Source: Geopsychrobacteraceae bacterium
GTDB lineage: Bacteria > Desulfobacterota > Desulfuromonadia > Desulfuromonadales > Geopsychrobacteraceae
Assembly (NCBI GenBank): GCA_963662315.1
Contig: OY759353.1
Span: forward strand, 4,000,001-4,064,000
Length of the DNA stretch: 64,000 bases
Reading direction: 5' to 3'
The notes under the pieces are model-generated. The model saw nothing but the letters and a program-made list of their open reading frames with translations. It did not search any database and was not told the origin of the DNA. Of this stretch, positions 29,335 to 41,093 are shown piece by piece. Position 1 is the stretch's first letter; each line of letters starts with the position of its first letter. A program made the translations under genes and the position numbers.

Positions 29335-30324
29335 CTAATATTTGGTTTTCAGGGCTAAATGAAAAACAACATCAGGAGCGGAATCAACGACAATGTCCTC
29401 ACTGACACCTAGGTCGAGACTGGTTTCGGTTCCTAGATCAATGGTTCCTCCCATAATCAGCTGCACTGATTCACCCAGTTCAGCAAAGGTGCTGTCGTCA
29501 TAAAAAGCACTATGGCCATCGAGCTGAAGTTTCAGCGCAACGGCCTCAAAGGTTTGCCAGGCGATACCCAGGCTGCCAAAGCCAACAACATGCCGCTGCT
29601 GGTTTGCCAGTATCTCTCCATCGGTCATCATTAACAGACCGGCGGAGGCAAAAAGTCCCACTGTTTTCTGGTTATAAAAGTGCGAACTGGATAGCCATAA
29701 TGCCAGGTCAGTACTGCCACTGCCGAGTAATTTCTTGTCATCACCGGTGGGAAGCTTAAGGCTGGAGCGCAGTGACAAGTGGTGGACATCGCCCGGTTCT
29801 CCCATTAAGCGCCAGGCTCCGGTCAAGCGCAGATCTCCCAGCCCTGATTCTTCCTCATCAACCAGGAGACTGGAGTCTTTACTCTGGTATGAATAGGTCA
29901 GCTGATCTTCCGGCAGGTCGTTGCGTTCCCCCTGGGGCAGGCCGAAGAAATCGTGCCAGTTATAAATGAAATTATCAAGGAAACCTTTACTGTGCTGGCC
30001 ATATGGCAGTTCCATCCCTATTTCAAAGTCACGCCCGATGCCATATCTGACTGCCAGGGTATAGCGGTAGCTTTCACCATCAAGGAGAATGCTCTCATTG
30101 GCACCAGTAGAGGTACTGCATAAGCTGGCAATATCGACACGCAGTTCGAATTCGGTCTGTCCTGTAGCAATGAGAGTTCCCGGCATGGTGGCGGGCAAGC
30201 CGTATATGGCAACCAGCGGGTTCTGATTAGCGGTCCTAAGAGGAGTAAGCTCCTGGGCTGCGGTGACTGAGGGCAGAAAACAGCAGGGTAAAATTATGCA
30301 TAGGAATAGTCTGACAATGAGCAT
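29335..30324 (-). CDS. DUF3187-like exported, probable outer-membrane beta-barrel protein
   Basis: Signal peptide, NQNPL..IYGLP, LDGE, LDNFIYNWHDFFGLPQG, GLGD, KLPTG, aromatic C-terminus. Confidence 0.7.
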   Translation of the reverse strand: MLIVRLFLCIILPCCFLPSVTAAQELTPLRTANQNPLVAIYGLPATMPGTLIATGQTEFELRVDIASLCSTSTGANESILLDGESYRYTLAVRYGIGRDFEIGMELPYGQHSKGFLDNFIYNWHDFFGLPQGERNDLPEDQLTYSYQSKDSSLLVDEEESGLGDLRLTGAWRLMGEPGDVHHLSLRSSLKLPTGDDKKLLGSGSTDLALWLSSSHFYNQKTVGLFASAGLLMMTDGEILANQQRHVVGFGSLGIAWQTFEAVALKLQLDGHSAFYDDSTFAELGESVQLIMGGTIDLGTETSLDLGVSEDIVVDSAPDVVFHLALKTKY

Positions 30325-30597
30325 TTCGCCTCCTGATGGGTTAGCAAAGAGCGCCTTAAGGATCTTTATAGCAGGTTTTCACTTGGTTGCAGGTTGTGAA
30401 TGCGTAAAAGATAAAATGATTTTTGACTTTTTGCTCTGTACGTATGATGGTATCTCTGAACTGTAAATAATTGACTTTGGATGGGGACGTTTTTTTTTTG
30501 AAGTTTGGCTATTGTTAGAATTTGCGTTTGTTGCCCTGACAGCGGTTTCTCTACAGGGAGAAGACAGAACACGTTTATTTTTTAACTGCAGGTTGCT

Positions 30598-31980
30598 ATG
30601 CATAAAAGCTCAACTAAAATATTTGACAGACAACGCCTTATTCAAACTCTCTCAATTCCCATTCTCAACTCAATTAATGACGGAGTTTTGGTTGCTGATG
30701 AGAATGGAATTATCCTTTTTACCAACCCGGAATATTCCCGAATCATAGGGGTTTCTGCGGATGAATTATTAAATAAAAGTCTGGAGGTGGTTCGGCCTGG
30801 CGCAATGCTCCCTTCTGTGATCCGAACTGGAAAAGCGCTTTCCGGAGTGTATCGAGAAGTAGGTGATACGCGATATGTTGTTGATATGGCACCTATTATC
30901 GTTGATGGAACGATAGTCGGTGGCGTGTCTATCGTCAAGAATATCACCGAGGTAAAAAAACTCTCTGAGGCCTTGGCCAATGCTGAGAAGTCCTTAAAAA
31001 ATCTGCAGGGAACCGTGGCTAATTTTTTTCGGTCTAAGTTCCAATTGCATCAGCTTAAAGGGGTCTCTGGTAAATTCAATCAAATGATTTCCCTGGCAGA
31101 AAGAGCGGCTCTTGGCGATGCCAATGTGCTGATTCTGGGGGAAAGTGGCACGGGCAAGGAGCTGATTGCCCAAGGAATTCATGCCGCAAGTCGGCGTAAA
31201 AATGGTCCTTTTATCCCGGTGAACTGCGCGGCTATTCCACACGTCTTACTGGAAAGCGAGTTGTTTGGCTACGGTGATGGTGCTTTTACCGGCGCTAAAC
31301 GTGGGGGGAAGCTGGGTCTGTTTCAGATGGCTGATAAAGGAACCTTATTCCTTGATGAAATAGGTGATATGCACTTCGATATGCAGGCAAAGTTATTGCG
31401 TATCCTGCAAGAACATAAGGTGCGCCGGGTCGGTGAGCTTCAGGAGCGGGAGTATGATGTTCGCATCATTGCCGCGACCAATCAAGATCTGGAATTAATG
31501 GTGAAGAAGGAGCGCTTTCGGGAGGATCTGTTATATCGCCTGAATGTATTTCAGCTAACGGTACCACCGCTGCGGGAAAGGAAGGAAGATATTATCGATC
31601 TCAGCTTTTATTTTGCTGGCGAATATCTTGAGGGGCAGACATTTTCTTTGTCAGGTGAAGTAAAACAGGTCTTACTCAAGTATGACTGGCCCGGGAATAT
31701 TCGGGAACTGAAGAATGTTATTGAATATGTTTGCAATATGGTCGACCGTGGTGAGTCTGTCTGCCTTTGCCACTTGCCAGAACGTTTGCGGACAATGTCA
31801 TTTTCTCAAGGCTCAGCAGGTGGATCCTTGCAGCCCTTAGCCCGGCAGGTAAAAGAGTTCGAGAAGGAACTGTTGCGCAATTTGATAACGAGAGAAGGTC
31901 AATCTCTGGAAAGTAAAAAGCGAATCTGTCGGGCTTTGGGTATTTCCTTGGCAACGCTATACCGGAAGCTGGAAGATTAG
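30598..31980 (+). CDS. PAS-domain sigma-54-dependent transcriptional activator
   Basis: [50 protein letters not shown]-terminal HTH. Confidence 0.95.
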   Translation: MHKSSTKIFDRQRLIQTLSIPILNSINDGVLVADENGIILFTNPEYSRIIGVSADELLNKSLEVVRPGAMLPSVIRTGKALSGVYREVGDTRYVVDMAPIIVDGTIVGGVSIVKNITEVKKLSEALANAEKSLKNLQGTVANFFRSKFQLHQLKGVSGKFNQMISLAERAALGDANVLILGESGTGKELIAQGIHAASRRKNGPFIPVNCAAIPHVLLESELFGYGDGAFTGAKRGGKLGLFQMADKGTLFLDEIGDMHFDMQAKLLRILQEHKVRRVGELQEREYDVRIIAATNQDLELMVKKERFREDLLYRLNVFQLTVPPLRERKEDIIDLSFYFAGEYLEGQTFSLSGEVKQVLLKYDWPGNIRELKNVIEYVCNMVDRGESVCLCHLPERLRTMSFSQGSAGGSLQPLARQVKEFEKELLRNLITREGQSLESKKRICRALGISLATLYRKLED

Positions 31981-31981
31981 T

Positions 31982-32104
31982 TTCTCAAATATAAGAAACC
32001 GATAAGTTGTTCTCATATTTGAGAAAGCCTCTTGTCTGCGAGCATTCCTACATATTCTACAGATCAGAATTGTGAAGGCGCTTCTCAAAATTGAGAAGCG
32101 CCTT
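31982..32104. promoter_or_regulatory. Array of palindromic enhancer sites TTCTCA-N4-TGAGAA
   Basis: TTCTCAAATATAAGAA (31982), TTCTCATATTTGAGAA (32010), TTCTCAAAATTGAGAA (32082, inside the longer IR 32075-32104). Confidence 0.7.
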
Positions 32105-32161
32105 TGCTGTAGAATGGGTTTCTCTTTGTGTAACATGCTTAAATAAATAGTTTTTCCGTTC

Positions 32162-32177
32162 TGGCACTGAGCTTGCT
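32162..32177 (+). promoter_or_regulatory. Sigma-54 (-24/-12) promoter of the CitMHS-AtuA-like operon
   Basis: TGGCACTGAGCTTGCT, GG-N10-GC with near-consensus flanks. Confidence 0.88.
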
Positions 32178-32237
32178 CATGTTGATAATGAGAAACTGGA
32201 AACTGTGTTTATTCATCAACTAAACAAGGAGGTTTGT

Positions 32238-33536
32238 ATGTTGGCGTTTTGGGGTTTCTGCATTATCGCGGTGTTGCTCGTTTTGGTTATGACCAAGCGC
32301 ACATCTGTTCTGGTCGCTTTGGTCGGGGTACCGATAGTTTTTGGTCTTATTGCCGGCTTAGGGCCCGGAATCGGTAAACTTATGCTGGATGGTTTGAAGG
32401 GCGTTGCTGCCACCGGGATCATGCTGACTTTTGCCATTCTTTACTTCAGTGTCATGAATGACGCCGGGATGTTTGACCCGATTATAAAAGGTATTATCCG
32501 GTTTGGCGGCAAAGACCCGGTAAAAATTGTTATGGGAACGGCGCTTATTGCGATGGTTGCCCACCTTGATGGTTCTGGTGCATCAACTTTTCTCGTCTGT
32601 ATTCCGGCCATGCTCCCCATCTACGATAAACTGCAAATTGACCGAAGAGTATTGGCCTGTGTTGCCGCTTTGGGGGCAGGGACAATGAATGTTGTCCCCT
32701 GGGGTGGGCCGACATTAAGGGCCGCCACATCACTGCACCTTGAAATGAAGGATCTCTTTAATCCAGTTCTCCCTGCCTTTATTGCCGGTCTAATTGCTGT
32801 TCTCGGTATCAGCTACTGGCTGGGTAAAGGGGAAAAAAAGCGCCTGGGCAATATGCCTGCAGATATGCAGGTACAGCTGGATGAACACATGTTTGATGAT
32901 AATTCCGAACTGAAACGGCCTAAATTGTTCTGGTTCAATATCGCTTTAACCGTTCTGGCCATTATCTGTCTGGTGAAAGGGATTCTGCCACTGCCCGCCG
33001 TTTTTGTTGTTGGTCTCGCAATTGCGCTGCTGGTTAACTATCCTAACGTAAAGACGCAGCAGGAACGTATTACTGCTCATGGTCAGGCCGCTATCCTGAT
33101 GATTTCCATTATTTTTGCGGCGGGTATTTTCACCGGAATCATGAAGGGCTCGGGCATGATCAAGGAACTTGCCCAGGCCATCGTTTCCTTTGTACCGGAA
33201 GGTATCGGCGGGCACTTACCGGTTCTTACCGGGATTACCTCGATGCCTGCCAGTCTATTGTTTGATCCAGATTCTTATTATTTTGGCGTCCTTCCCGTTT
33301 TGTCCTCAGCTGCTGAAGCATTTGGTGTTGCAGGAGTTGAAGTAGCAAGGGCGGCAATTCTCGGTCAGATGACAACCGGGTTCCCGGTGAGTCCTTTGAC
33401 GGCATCCACATTCCTGCTTATCGGTTTGGCAGGAGTTGATCTGGGTGATCATCAAAAGAAGACCATTCCTCTGGCGTTTCTGGTGACTCTGGTGATGGTT
33501 TTTGTGGCAGTGATTACCGGTGCCATAAGGTTGTGA
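32238..33536 (+). CDS. CitMHS family (citrate:H+/metal-citrate) transporter
   Basis: [50 protein letters not shown] 32238 after AAGGAGG. Confidence 0.9.
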   Translation: MLAFWGFCIIAVLLVLVMTKRTSVLVALVGVPIVFGLIAGLGPGIGKLMLDGLKGVAATGIMLTFAILYFSVMNDAGMFDPIIKGIIRFGGKDPVKIVMGTALIAMVAHLDGSGASTFLVCIPAMLPIYDKLQIDRRVLACVAALGAGTMNVVPWGGPTLRAATSLHLEMKDLFNPVLPAFIAGLIAVLGISYWLGKGEKKRLGNMPADMQVQLDEHMFDDNSELKRPKLFWFNIALTVLAIICLVKGILPLPAVFVVGLAIALLVNYPNVKTQQERITAHGQAAILMISIIFAAGIFTGIMKGSGMIKELAQAIVSFVPEGIGGHLPVLTGITSMPASLLFDPDSYYFGVLPVLSSAAEAFGVAGVEVARAAILGQMTTGFPVSPLTASTFLLIGLAGVDLGDHQKKTIPLAFLVTLVMVFVAVITGAIRL

Positions 33537-33561
33537 TTGAATTTGTTGCAGGAGACATTGA

Positions 33562-34920
33562 ATGACTTTGAATAATAAAAAAACTGTTGTTATCGGTTCT
33601 GGAGCGGGATATTCGGGGGACCGGATTGAGCCAGCCGAAGAGTTGGTTCGCAGTGGCAAGCTTGATTATATCTGTTTCGAATGTTTGGCAGAGAGAACCA
33701 TCGCTCTGGCTCAATTGAAAAAATCTCAAGATCCCCTCGATGGCTACGATCCGCTGCTTATCGAACGGATGGAGCGCATGTTGCCATTGTGCTACGAAAA
33801 TAAGGTCAAGCTGATCACCAACATGGGGGCAGCAAACCCATTGGCCGCTCTTGAGAAAACGCTAGAAATTGCCAGAAAGCACAATCTCAAAGGTCTAAAA
33901 ATAGCCGCTGTTTATGGGGATGATGTTGCTGATGTTGTGAAAGACATTGATCCGATTTTACTGGAAACACAAAAACCATTAAGCGAATCGATTGACAAAA
34001 TTGTTTCTGCCAACGCTTATCTCGGCATTGAGAGTATTTTGCCGGCCTTGAAGCAGGGGGCCGATGTGATCATCACTGGACGGGTATCCGATCCGGCACT
34101 GTTTTTGGCCCCCCTGGTCCACGAATTCGATTGGGATCTTGAAGAGTGGACACTGTTGGGCAAGGGCACTGTGGTCGGGCATTTGCTTGAATGTGCAGGC
34201 CAGGTCACCGGCGGATATTACGCTGAACCAGGCAAAAAGGAGGTTCCCGATTTCGCTAATCTTGGGTTTCCATATATGGAAGTCGCGGAAAATGGGGATG
34301 CCGTTGTTACAAAGCTATCCAATCAGGGGGGGAAGGTCGTTCCTTCGACGTGTAAAGAGCAGTTGATATATGAAATTCATGACCCAACTCAATACAAGAC
34401 TCCTGATGTCACTGCGGATTTCTCAAAGGTCAGCTTTGCTACGGTAGGTGAAGACCGGGTGCGTATTTCTGGCGGAGATGGTAACCCCAGGCCAGAGCAA
34501 TTAAAAGTGAGCATCGGTTACCATGGGGGATTTATTGGTGAAGGAGCCATCGGTTATGCCGGCCCCGGGGCTGTCGCTCGCGCAGAGCTGGCTGCTGACA
34601 CAGTACGCCAGAGACTGGAGAATATCGGGGCAAAATATTCGGAAATTCGTTTTGACCTAGTGGGAGTTAATGCTTTGCACCGGGAAGCTTCTAGCACTGA
34701 TAATTATGAGCCTTACGAGGTGTTGTTACGGGTTGCGGCAAAAACAGATACCGCAAAAGATGCTGCTTTAATCGGCAGAGAGGTCGAAACGCTCTATACC
34801 AATGGCCCTGCCGGTGGCGGGGGAGCAACCAAGGGGGTTCGTGAGATTATTGCCGTAATGTCGGCCTTTATTCCGCGCCACATGGTGACACGGCAATTAG
34901 CTGTCAAGGAGGTCGAATAG
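33562..34920 (+). CDS. AtuA-like (DUF1446) protein, N-terminal part
   Basis: IGSGAGYSGDR, ECLAERT, TNMGAANP, SANAYLG, ITGRVSD, GHLLECAGQVTGG, EQLIYEIHDP..Y.TPDV. Confidence 0.9.
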   Translation: MTLNNKKTVVIGSGAGYSGDRIEPAEELVRSGKLDYICFECLAERTIALAQLKKSQDPLDGYDPLLIERMERMLPLCYENKVKLITNMGAANPLAALEKTLEIARKHNLKGLKIAAVYGDDVADVVKDIDPILLETQKPLSESIDKIVSANAYLGIESILPALKQGADVIITGRVSDPALFLAPLVHEFDWDLEEWTLLGKGTVVGHLLECAGQVTGGYYAEPGKKEVPDFANLGFPYMEVAENGDAVVTKLSNQGGKVVPSTCKEQLIYEIHDPTQYKTPDVTADFSKVSFATVGEDRVRISGGDGNPRPEQLKVSIGYHGGFIGEGAIGYAGPGAVARAELAADTVRQRLENIGAKYSEIRFDLVGVNALHREASSTDNYEPYEVLLRVAAKTDTAKDAALIGREVETLYTNGPAGGGGATKGVREIIAVMSAFIPRHMVTRQLAVKEVE

Positions 34921-34921
34921 C

Positions 34922-35239
34922 ATGGCTAAAGTAAAACTTTGGGAAGTGGCTCATGCCAGGACCGGGGATAAAGGGGACACTTCGAATATTTCGTTAATCC
35001 CGTATGACGAGAGTCACTATCAGCTGCTTAAAGAACAGGTCACGGCAGAGGTCGTCAAGAAGCATTTTGAACATGTGGCTCATGGTGAAGTGCTCCGTTA
35101 CGAACTCCCTTGTATCTGTAGCTTCAACTTCGTCTTGAAAAAAGCACTGTGCGGAGGGGTGACCTCGTCTCTGGCTCTTGACACACATGGGAAATCGTTG
35201 AGCTCGTCTTTGCTGACTATTGAAATTGATCTGCCATAA
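34922..35239 (+). CDS. Small AtuA-related protein matching the AtuA C-terminal domain
   Basis: [16 protein letters not shown]...NFVL..AL.GGV..SL.LD.HGK. Confidence 0.88.
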   Translation: MAKVKLWEVAHARTGDKGDTSNISLIPYDESHYQLLKEQVTAEVVKKHFEHVAHGEVLRYELPCICSFNFVLKKALCGGVTSSLALDTHGKSLSSSLLTIEIDLP

Positions 35240-35270
35240 AGAGAACTATCAAGGATTCAAAGGAATTATT

Positions 35271-36449
35271 ATGAAAGAAACCTATATAGTCGGTGCGGCC
35301 CGCACAGCGATCGGAAGTTTCGGTGGCAGCCTGGCCGGGACCGGGCCGGTTGAGCTTGGCCGGGTTGCGGTTAGCGAAGCCCTGCGCCGTGCCGCTGTCA
35401 GTGCGGAAGAGATTGATGAAGTGATTCTTGGTTGTGTCTTGCAGGCGGGATTAGGACAGAACATCGCCCGTCAGGTGCTGATTGCGGCAGGAATCCCGCA
35501 GGACAAGTGTGCCCAGACCCTGAATATGGTTTGTGGCTCCGGCCTGCGGACCGTTGCTGCCGCAGCGCAGGCCATTGCTGCCGGTGATTCCGGCATCGTT
35601 GTTGCTGGTGGCAGCGAGAACATGAGCATGGCGAACTACCTACTCCCCAAAGCCCGTAACGGTTACCGCATGGGGCATGGCGAGATCATCGACTCCATGG
35701 TCTATGACGGGCTGACGGATATCTTCAATCACTACCACATGGGGATCACCGCCGAGAACCTGGCAGAAAAGTACGCGTTAAGCCGTGAAGATCAGGATGC
35801 TTTTTCGGCGCTCAGCCAGCAACGGGCCGAAGCGGCCATTACGGCGGGCCGGTTCAAAGACGAGATCGTGCCGGTGCTGATTCCGCAGCGTAAAGGCGAT
35901 CCTGTTGTTTTTGATACGGATGAATTCCCCCGTTTCGGCACCACCGCTGCATCCCTCGGCAAACTGCGTCCCGCCTTTAAAAAAGACGGCAGCGTCACCG
36001 CCGGGAATGCTTCCGGCGTCAATGACGGCGCAGCTGCGCTCGTTGTTGCCGGAGCGGACGCCGTCAGCGCCAGGAATCTGACACCCCTGGCGCGGATCGT
36101 CTCCTACGGCTGGTATGGGTGTGATCCGGCCATCATGGGGATCGGCCCGGTCGAAGCGACGCGCCTGGCGCTGAAAAAGGCCGGTTGGACGGTCGGCGAT
36201 CTCGACCTGATCGAAGCCAACGAAGCCTTTGCCGCCCAGTCGTTGTCGGTGATGAAGGAGCTGGAGCTTGATCCGGCCATCACCAACGTCAATGGCGGCG
36301 CCATCGCCCTTGGCCATCCCATTGGAGCGTCCGGGGCCCGGATCCTGACCACGCTGCTGTACGAGATGCAGAAACGCGATGCCAAGAAAGGGCTGGCGAC
36401 CTTATGCATCGGTGGCGGCATGGGTATCGCCATGTGCGTAGAACGCTAA
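35271..36449 (+). CDS. atoB: Acetyl-CoA C-acetyltransferase (thiolase), copy 1
   Basis: [26 protein letters not shown]. Confidence 0.95.
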   Translation: MKETYIVGAARTAIGSFGGSLAGTGPVELGRVAVSEALRRAAVSAEEIDEVILGCVLQAGLGQNIARQVLIAAGIPQDKCAQTLNMVCGSGLRTVAAAAQAIAAGDSGIVVAGGSENMSMANYLLPKARNGYRMGHGEIIDSMVYDGLTDIFNHYHMGITAENLAEKYALSREDQDAFSALSQQRAEAAITAGRFKDEIVPVLIPQRKGDPVVFDTDEFPRFGTTAASLGKLRPAFKKDGSVTAGNASGVNDGAAALVVAGADAVSARNLTPLARIVSYGWYGCDPAIMGIGPVEATRLALKKAGWTVGDLDLIEANEAFAAQSLSVMKELELDPAITNVNGGAIALGHPIGASGARILTTLLYEMQKRDAKKGLATLCIGGGMGIAMCVER

Positions 36450-36460
36450 GGGAGATCATC

Positions 36461-37151
36461 ATGAACAAAGAAGTGACAATTACCGAGGCCATGACGCATA
36501 TCAAAAGCGGCATGACCATCATGAGTAATGGCTTCATGGGGGTCAAAAGCCCCGAAACCATCATCGATGCCATGGTCGAGCAGGGGATTGGCGACATCAC
36601 CCTGATCTCCACCGACACCGCTGTACCGGGTGTCGCCACGGGGAAATTGATTGGCAACAAGCGGGTCAAGAAACTCTATGCTTCCCACATCGGTCTCAAC
36701 CCGGAATCGGGTGCCCAGATGAATGCCGGTGAAATGGAGGTTGAACTGGTGCCGCAGGGGACCCTGGCTGAACGGATTCGCTGCGGGGGGGCCGGTCTTG
36801 GCGGAGTGCTGACCCCGACGGGAATCGGGACCGAAGTCGAAAAGGGGAAACAGAAACTGACCGTGGGCGGCAAAGAGTATCTGCTCGAACTGCCACTGCA
36901 TGCCGATGTCGCCATCATCAAAGGGACCATCTGCGATCGGGCCGGAAACGTCTTTTACCGTGGCACCTCCAAAAACTTCAGCCTCGTCATGGCGATGGCC
37001 GCGGATTACGTCATCGTCGAAGCGGACAAGATCGTCGAAGTGGGCGAACTGGGTCCCGAGCAGATCATGACCCCCGGAGTATTTGTCGATGCCGTCGTGC
37101 TGTCGGAGCCGCAATACCGGATCGAAGCAGAGAAACTGCAGGAGGTGCTTC

Positions 37152-37159
<8 letters not shown>
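36461..37159 (+). CDS. atoD: 3-oxoacid/acetoacetate CoA-transferase subunit alpha, copy 1
   Basis: SHIGLNP, ELVPQGTLAERIRCGGAGLGG.LTPTG; ATG 36461. Confidence 0.9.
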
Positions 37160-37787
<628 letters not shown>

Positions 37788-37875
37788 GCATCGGTAACAG
37801 AACAAACAGATCCAAGGCGGGCCCCTTCACCCTGCCTTCAAGTTAAAGGTGCCTCAGAGGTGAGCGCACTGATTG

Positions 37876-37907
37876 CCCGGGCGGCTTAACGCTGCCCGGG
37901 ATTTTTT
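37876..37907 (+). terminator. Intrinsic terminator, copy 1
   Basis: CCCGGGCGGC-loop-GCTGCCCGGG then ATTTTTT. Confidence 0.85.
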
Positions 37908-38029
37908 ATGAAAAGGGAGCGCACTGGTCCGAGAATCTTTTTTGACAAGTTGCTTATCTTTGGCAATACTGGCGGCCAATATCATGTTGCTTTTACCCTT
38001 ATAATATCCCCATTGAACATGGAGTACCC

Positions 38030-39514
38030 ATGAGGCACATTCCAGTTCGGACATTTATTTTTTTCTGCATGTCAGCAATTATTGCCATCGCATCTTTGAG
38101 TGTTGGCTATTACTTGATACAACATGCCAGAGCCACTCTCGTCAGTGAAAAACAGAATAAACTCTTTGCTTTTACCCATCTTCTGGACAATGGCTTAAAA
38201 GGGACATTTAACGACATTCTTGTCGCTGAGGGGTATGAGGATGCGCCCCGCGACAAGAAAATAGAGATCCTTAACAACAGTCTGGAAGCATTCACTGATA
38301 GCGTCGCCAAAGCTCAGCCTGGTATCGGTGTTGGTTACTATTCAAAAGATCTGAATGCGATAATCACTTATGGCCCCAGTGACCTTTTGGGACATATGGT
38401 CAAACTGTCAATCAAGGCTGATCATCAGGGGCTTCAGGTTATGAAAAATGCTACGCCCATGGTTCAGACCGGGCGTCTTGTGCGCGGCTCAATTATGAAT
38501 TGCATGCTGCCATTAATCAGAAATGGTGAAGTAATCGGTTATGTTTGGGCCAATGAGCTGGTCGATGACATTAACAATCAACTTCACCAAATGTCTTCAA
38601 CGTCTTATGTCATTATTGGCGTCGGTATTCTCTTTTCTTTTTTGGGGACGGCCTTTATCGCTCAGGTCGTCGGGAGGAGGATTCATGAAATAAATTCGGC
38701 AATAAAGATCATTGAAGACGATCCCTCTTTCCGGATCCCCCCCATGGCTGGAGATTTAGGCGAAATTGCCCGATCTATTAATGAATTTGCTGAGCGCTTG
38801 ATCATAAGACGCAAGCTCGAAGAACAGATGCAGCAAACTGACCGCTTGGTCGCTTTAGGAGAAATAGCCGCCGGTGTGGCCCATGAAATTCGTAACCCGC
38901 TGACGTCCATTAAAGGGTTTGTGCAATTAATTGAATCGGAGATGGCGGAACATGATCCGCAGCGACAATATACTAATATTGTCATTACCGAGACGGACCG
39001 ACTTAATAAAATTGTTCATGAGCTGTTGTATTACGCCCGGCCAAGCGATACGTTCAGAAGCAATATCAACATTAATAAAATTCTGATGGACAGCCTGCAG
39101 TTGGTCAATATTAACGTGGCACCGCGGGAAATAAGCATCGAGACTTTCTTGGCTGAGACCCTCCCTGAGATGAGCGGGGATCCGGAACAGCTCAAGCAGG
39201 TTTTTCTTAATCTGCTGATGAATGCCGTGCAGGCGCTTGAAGGGAAAGGGCAGATCATGGTCCGCTCTGAAGTGGCACAGGAGGGTATCCTGGTGACCAT
39301 CGAAGACGATGGGAAAGGCATTGTCCCGGATCATCTTGATCGGATATTCAGTCCGTTTTTTACCACACGTAGTGATGGTACTGGTCTGGGTCTTGCAGTA
39401 GTGCAGAAGATAGTAGCTTTACATCATGGCGAGATCCGTGCAGAAAATATCAATGGTGGAGGTGCTCGCTTTATCCTTTTATTCCCTCTAGCAGAAAAGA
39501 TCGAATTGCTATGA
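38030..39514 (+). CDS. atoS: Sensor histidine kinase, AtoS-like
   Basis: AtoS-like periplasmic region (PGIGVGYYS..L.AIITYGPS; G..VRG.IMN; IGYVWANE), AHEIRNPL, GTGLGL. Confidence 0.82.
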   Translation: MRHIPVRTFIFFCMSAIIAIASLSVGYYLIQHARATLVSEKQNKLFAFTHLLDNGLKGTFNDILVAEGYEDAPRDKKIEILNNSLEAFTDSVAKAQPGIGVGYYSKDLNAIITYGPSDLLGHMVKLSIKADHQGLQVMKNATPMVQTGRLVRGSIMNCMLPLIRNGEVIGYVWANELVDDINNQLHQMSSTSYVIIGVGILFSFLGTAFIAQVVGRRIHEINSAIKIIEDDPSFRIPPMAGDLGEIARSINEFAERLIIRRKLEEQMQQTDRLVALGEIAAGVAHEIRNPLTSIKGFVQLIESEMAEHDPQRQYTNIVITETDRLNKIVHELLYYARPSDTFRSNININKILMDSLQLVNINVAPREISIETFLAETLPEMSGDPEQLKQVFLNLLMNAVQALEGKGQIMVRSEVAQEGILVTIEDDGKGIVPDHLDRIFSPFFTTRSDGTGLGLAVVQKIVALHHGEIRAENINGGGARFILLFPLAEKIELL

Positions 39515-40890
39515 AAACGCCAGAAAAGGACATTTTGATAGCCGATGATGAGGAACATATCCGGATTCTTCTCAGCGAGCTGCTCAAAAAACAGGGCTTT
39601 ACAACGTATCTCGCTAATAACGGGCAAGAAGCCTTGACGATCATGGAACAAGAGCAGCCCCACCTGGTTCTTATGGATATCATGATGCCGATTATGACCG
39701 GCCTGGATGCCTTTAAAGTCATTCGAGAAAAGTGGCCGGAGACAGATGTCATCATGATGACTGCTTTTGCTGGTGTTGATACGGCTGTTGAAGCAATGAA
39801 GCTTGGGGCCTTTAATTACATATCCAAGCCATTTAACAATTCTGAAATTCTGGTCAACGTCAGGCGCGCTTTTGAAATACAGAATTTAACTAAGGAAGTT
39901 GAGACGCTCAGGGAGGTCGTCAGTAGCCGTTTTTCCATCAATAATATCATTGGAAAATCGGTACAAATGCAGGAAGTCTTCAAAAATATCGGCCGGGTTG
40001 CTCCAACAAACAGTACTGTTCTGATTGAGGGGGAAAGTGGTACCGGGAAAGAACTGATTGCCCGCTCCATCCATTTCAACAGTAATCGTAGCAAGGGGCC
40101 GCTGATAAATATTAACTGTGCGGCAATTCCGGAGACGCTGTTGGAAAATGAATTGTTTGGGCACGAAAAGGGTGCCTTTACCGGTGCGACAAATATCCAA
40201 AAAGGCAAGTTTGAAATTGCTGCCGGAGGGACTATTTTTCTTGATGAAATCAGTGAAATGAGTCCGAATTTGCAGGCCAAGTTCCTGCGGGTCCTGCAGG
40301 ATCGTGAATTTTATCGCATCGGCGGCGGTGTACCGATCCGTGCGGATGTCAGGGTTATTGCCGCTTCGAACATTAACCTGGGGAAAGCGATTCTCGATGG
40401 TCGTTTTAGGGAAGACCTGTATTACCGGTTGAATGTGGTGTGTATTCATATCCCGCCGTTGCGTAAGCGGGGGGAAGATATCCCGCTGCTGGTTGAGCAT
40501 TTTATTAATCGCCTCAACCAGCAAAATGATAAAAAAGTTCAGCGCGTTGATGCGGGAGCCATGGAGGCACTGCTACGCTATACGTGGCCGGGCAATGTTC
40601 GGGAACTGGAAAATGCGGTGGAGTGTGCTGTTGTCATGGGGCAGGGGGGAGTTCTCATGAAAGAGGATCTTCCTGCTTCAATCACTGCCGGACTGCATGA
40701 TAAAGCGATCAGAGGGTTTCAGCCAAACGGTGAATCGTTGAGGGAGATGCTTGAAAACACAGAAAAAAGTATCTTGAAAGCACATCTTGACCAATGGCAA
40801 TGGAACCGGGTCAAAACCGCAGAAAAACTCAAAATGAGCCGTAAGGCCTTGATCTATAAAATTGATAAATACAATTTGTCTCCGGATTAA
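39511..40890 (+). CDS. atoC: Sigma-54 response regulator, AtoC-like
   Basis: REC domain, [17 protein letters not shown]; overlaps atoS and precedes atoE. Confidence 0.85.
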   Translation: MKTPEKDILIADDEEHIRILLSELLKKQGFTTYLANNGQEALTIMEQEQPHLVLMDIMMPIMTGLDAFKVIREKWPETDVIMMTAFAGVDTAVEAMKLGAFNYISKPFNNSEILVNVRRAFEIQNLTKEVETLREVVSSRFSINNIIGKSVQMQEVFKNIGRVAPTNSTVLIEGESGTGKELIARSIHFNSNRSKGPLININCAAIPETLLENELFGHEKGAFTGATNIQKGKFEIAAGGTIFLDEISEMSPNLQAKFLRVLQDREFYRIGGGVPIRADVRVIAASNINLGKAILDGRFREDLYYRLNVVCIHIPPLRKRGEDIPLLVEHFINRLNQQNDKKVQRVDAGAMEALLRYTWPGNVRELENAVECAVVMGQGGVLMKEDLPASITAGLHDKAIRGFQPNGESLREMLENTEKSILKAHLDQWQWNRVKTAEKLKMSRKALIYKIDKYNLSPD

Positions 40891-40900
40891 TGAGAATTTC

Positions 40901-40917
40901 TGTGTAATCTTTACACA
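40901..40917. promoter_or_regulatory. Palindromic enhancer candidate for AtoC
   Basis: TGTGTAA-TCT-TTACACA, 85-100 bp upstream of the -24 element. Confidence 0.6.
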
Positions 40918-41000
40918 TTGGCCCCAAAACTTTTCACACCTCAAAGCTCTATTTCTCTTAGAATCCTTATAACTACCTGTACTTAATGGCTATGTTCCTT

Positions 41001-41016
41001 TGGCATGAATGGTGCT
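41001..41016 (+). promoter_or_regulatory. Sigma-54 promoter of atoE-atoB-atoD-atoA
   Basis: TGGCATGAATGGTGCT, GG-N10-GC. Confidence 0.8.
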
Positions 41017-41093
41017 CATCTGTGCAGATGCTGCCGCACCATTAACTGTTGTCTGTTTCTGTTACAGACAAAAATCACCCAGGGAGGAAACAT

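Noticed and set aside
31982..32104. Mini CRISPR array suggested by spaced palindromic repeats
   Set aside because: Repeats are 16 bp, irregularly spaced, have no cas genes nearby and sit at enhancer distance from a sigma-54 promoter.
33562..35239. AtuA gene broken by a frameshift or nonsense mutation
   Set aside because: The second ORF has its own AAGGAGG RBS and an ATG 1 nt after the first stop; the split looks genuine.
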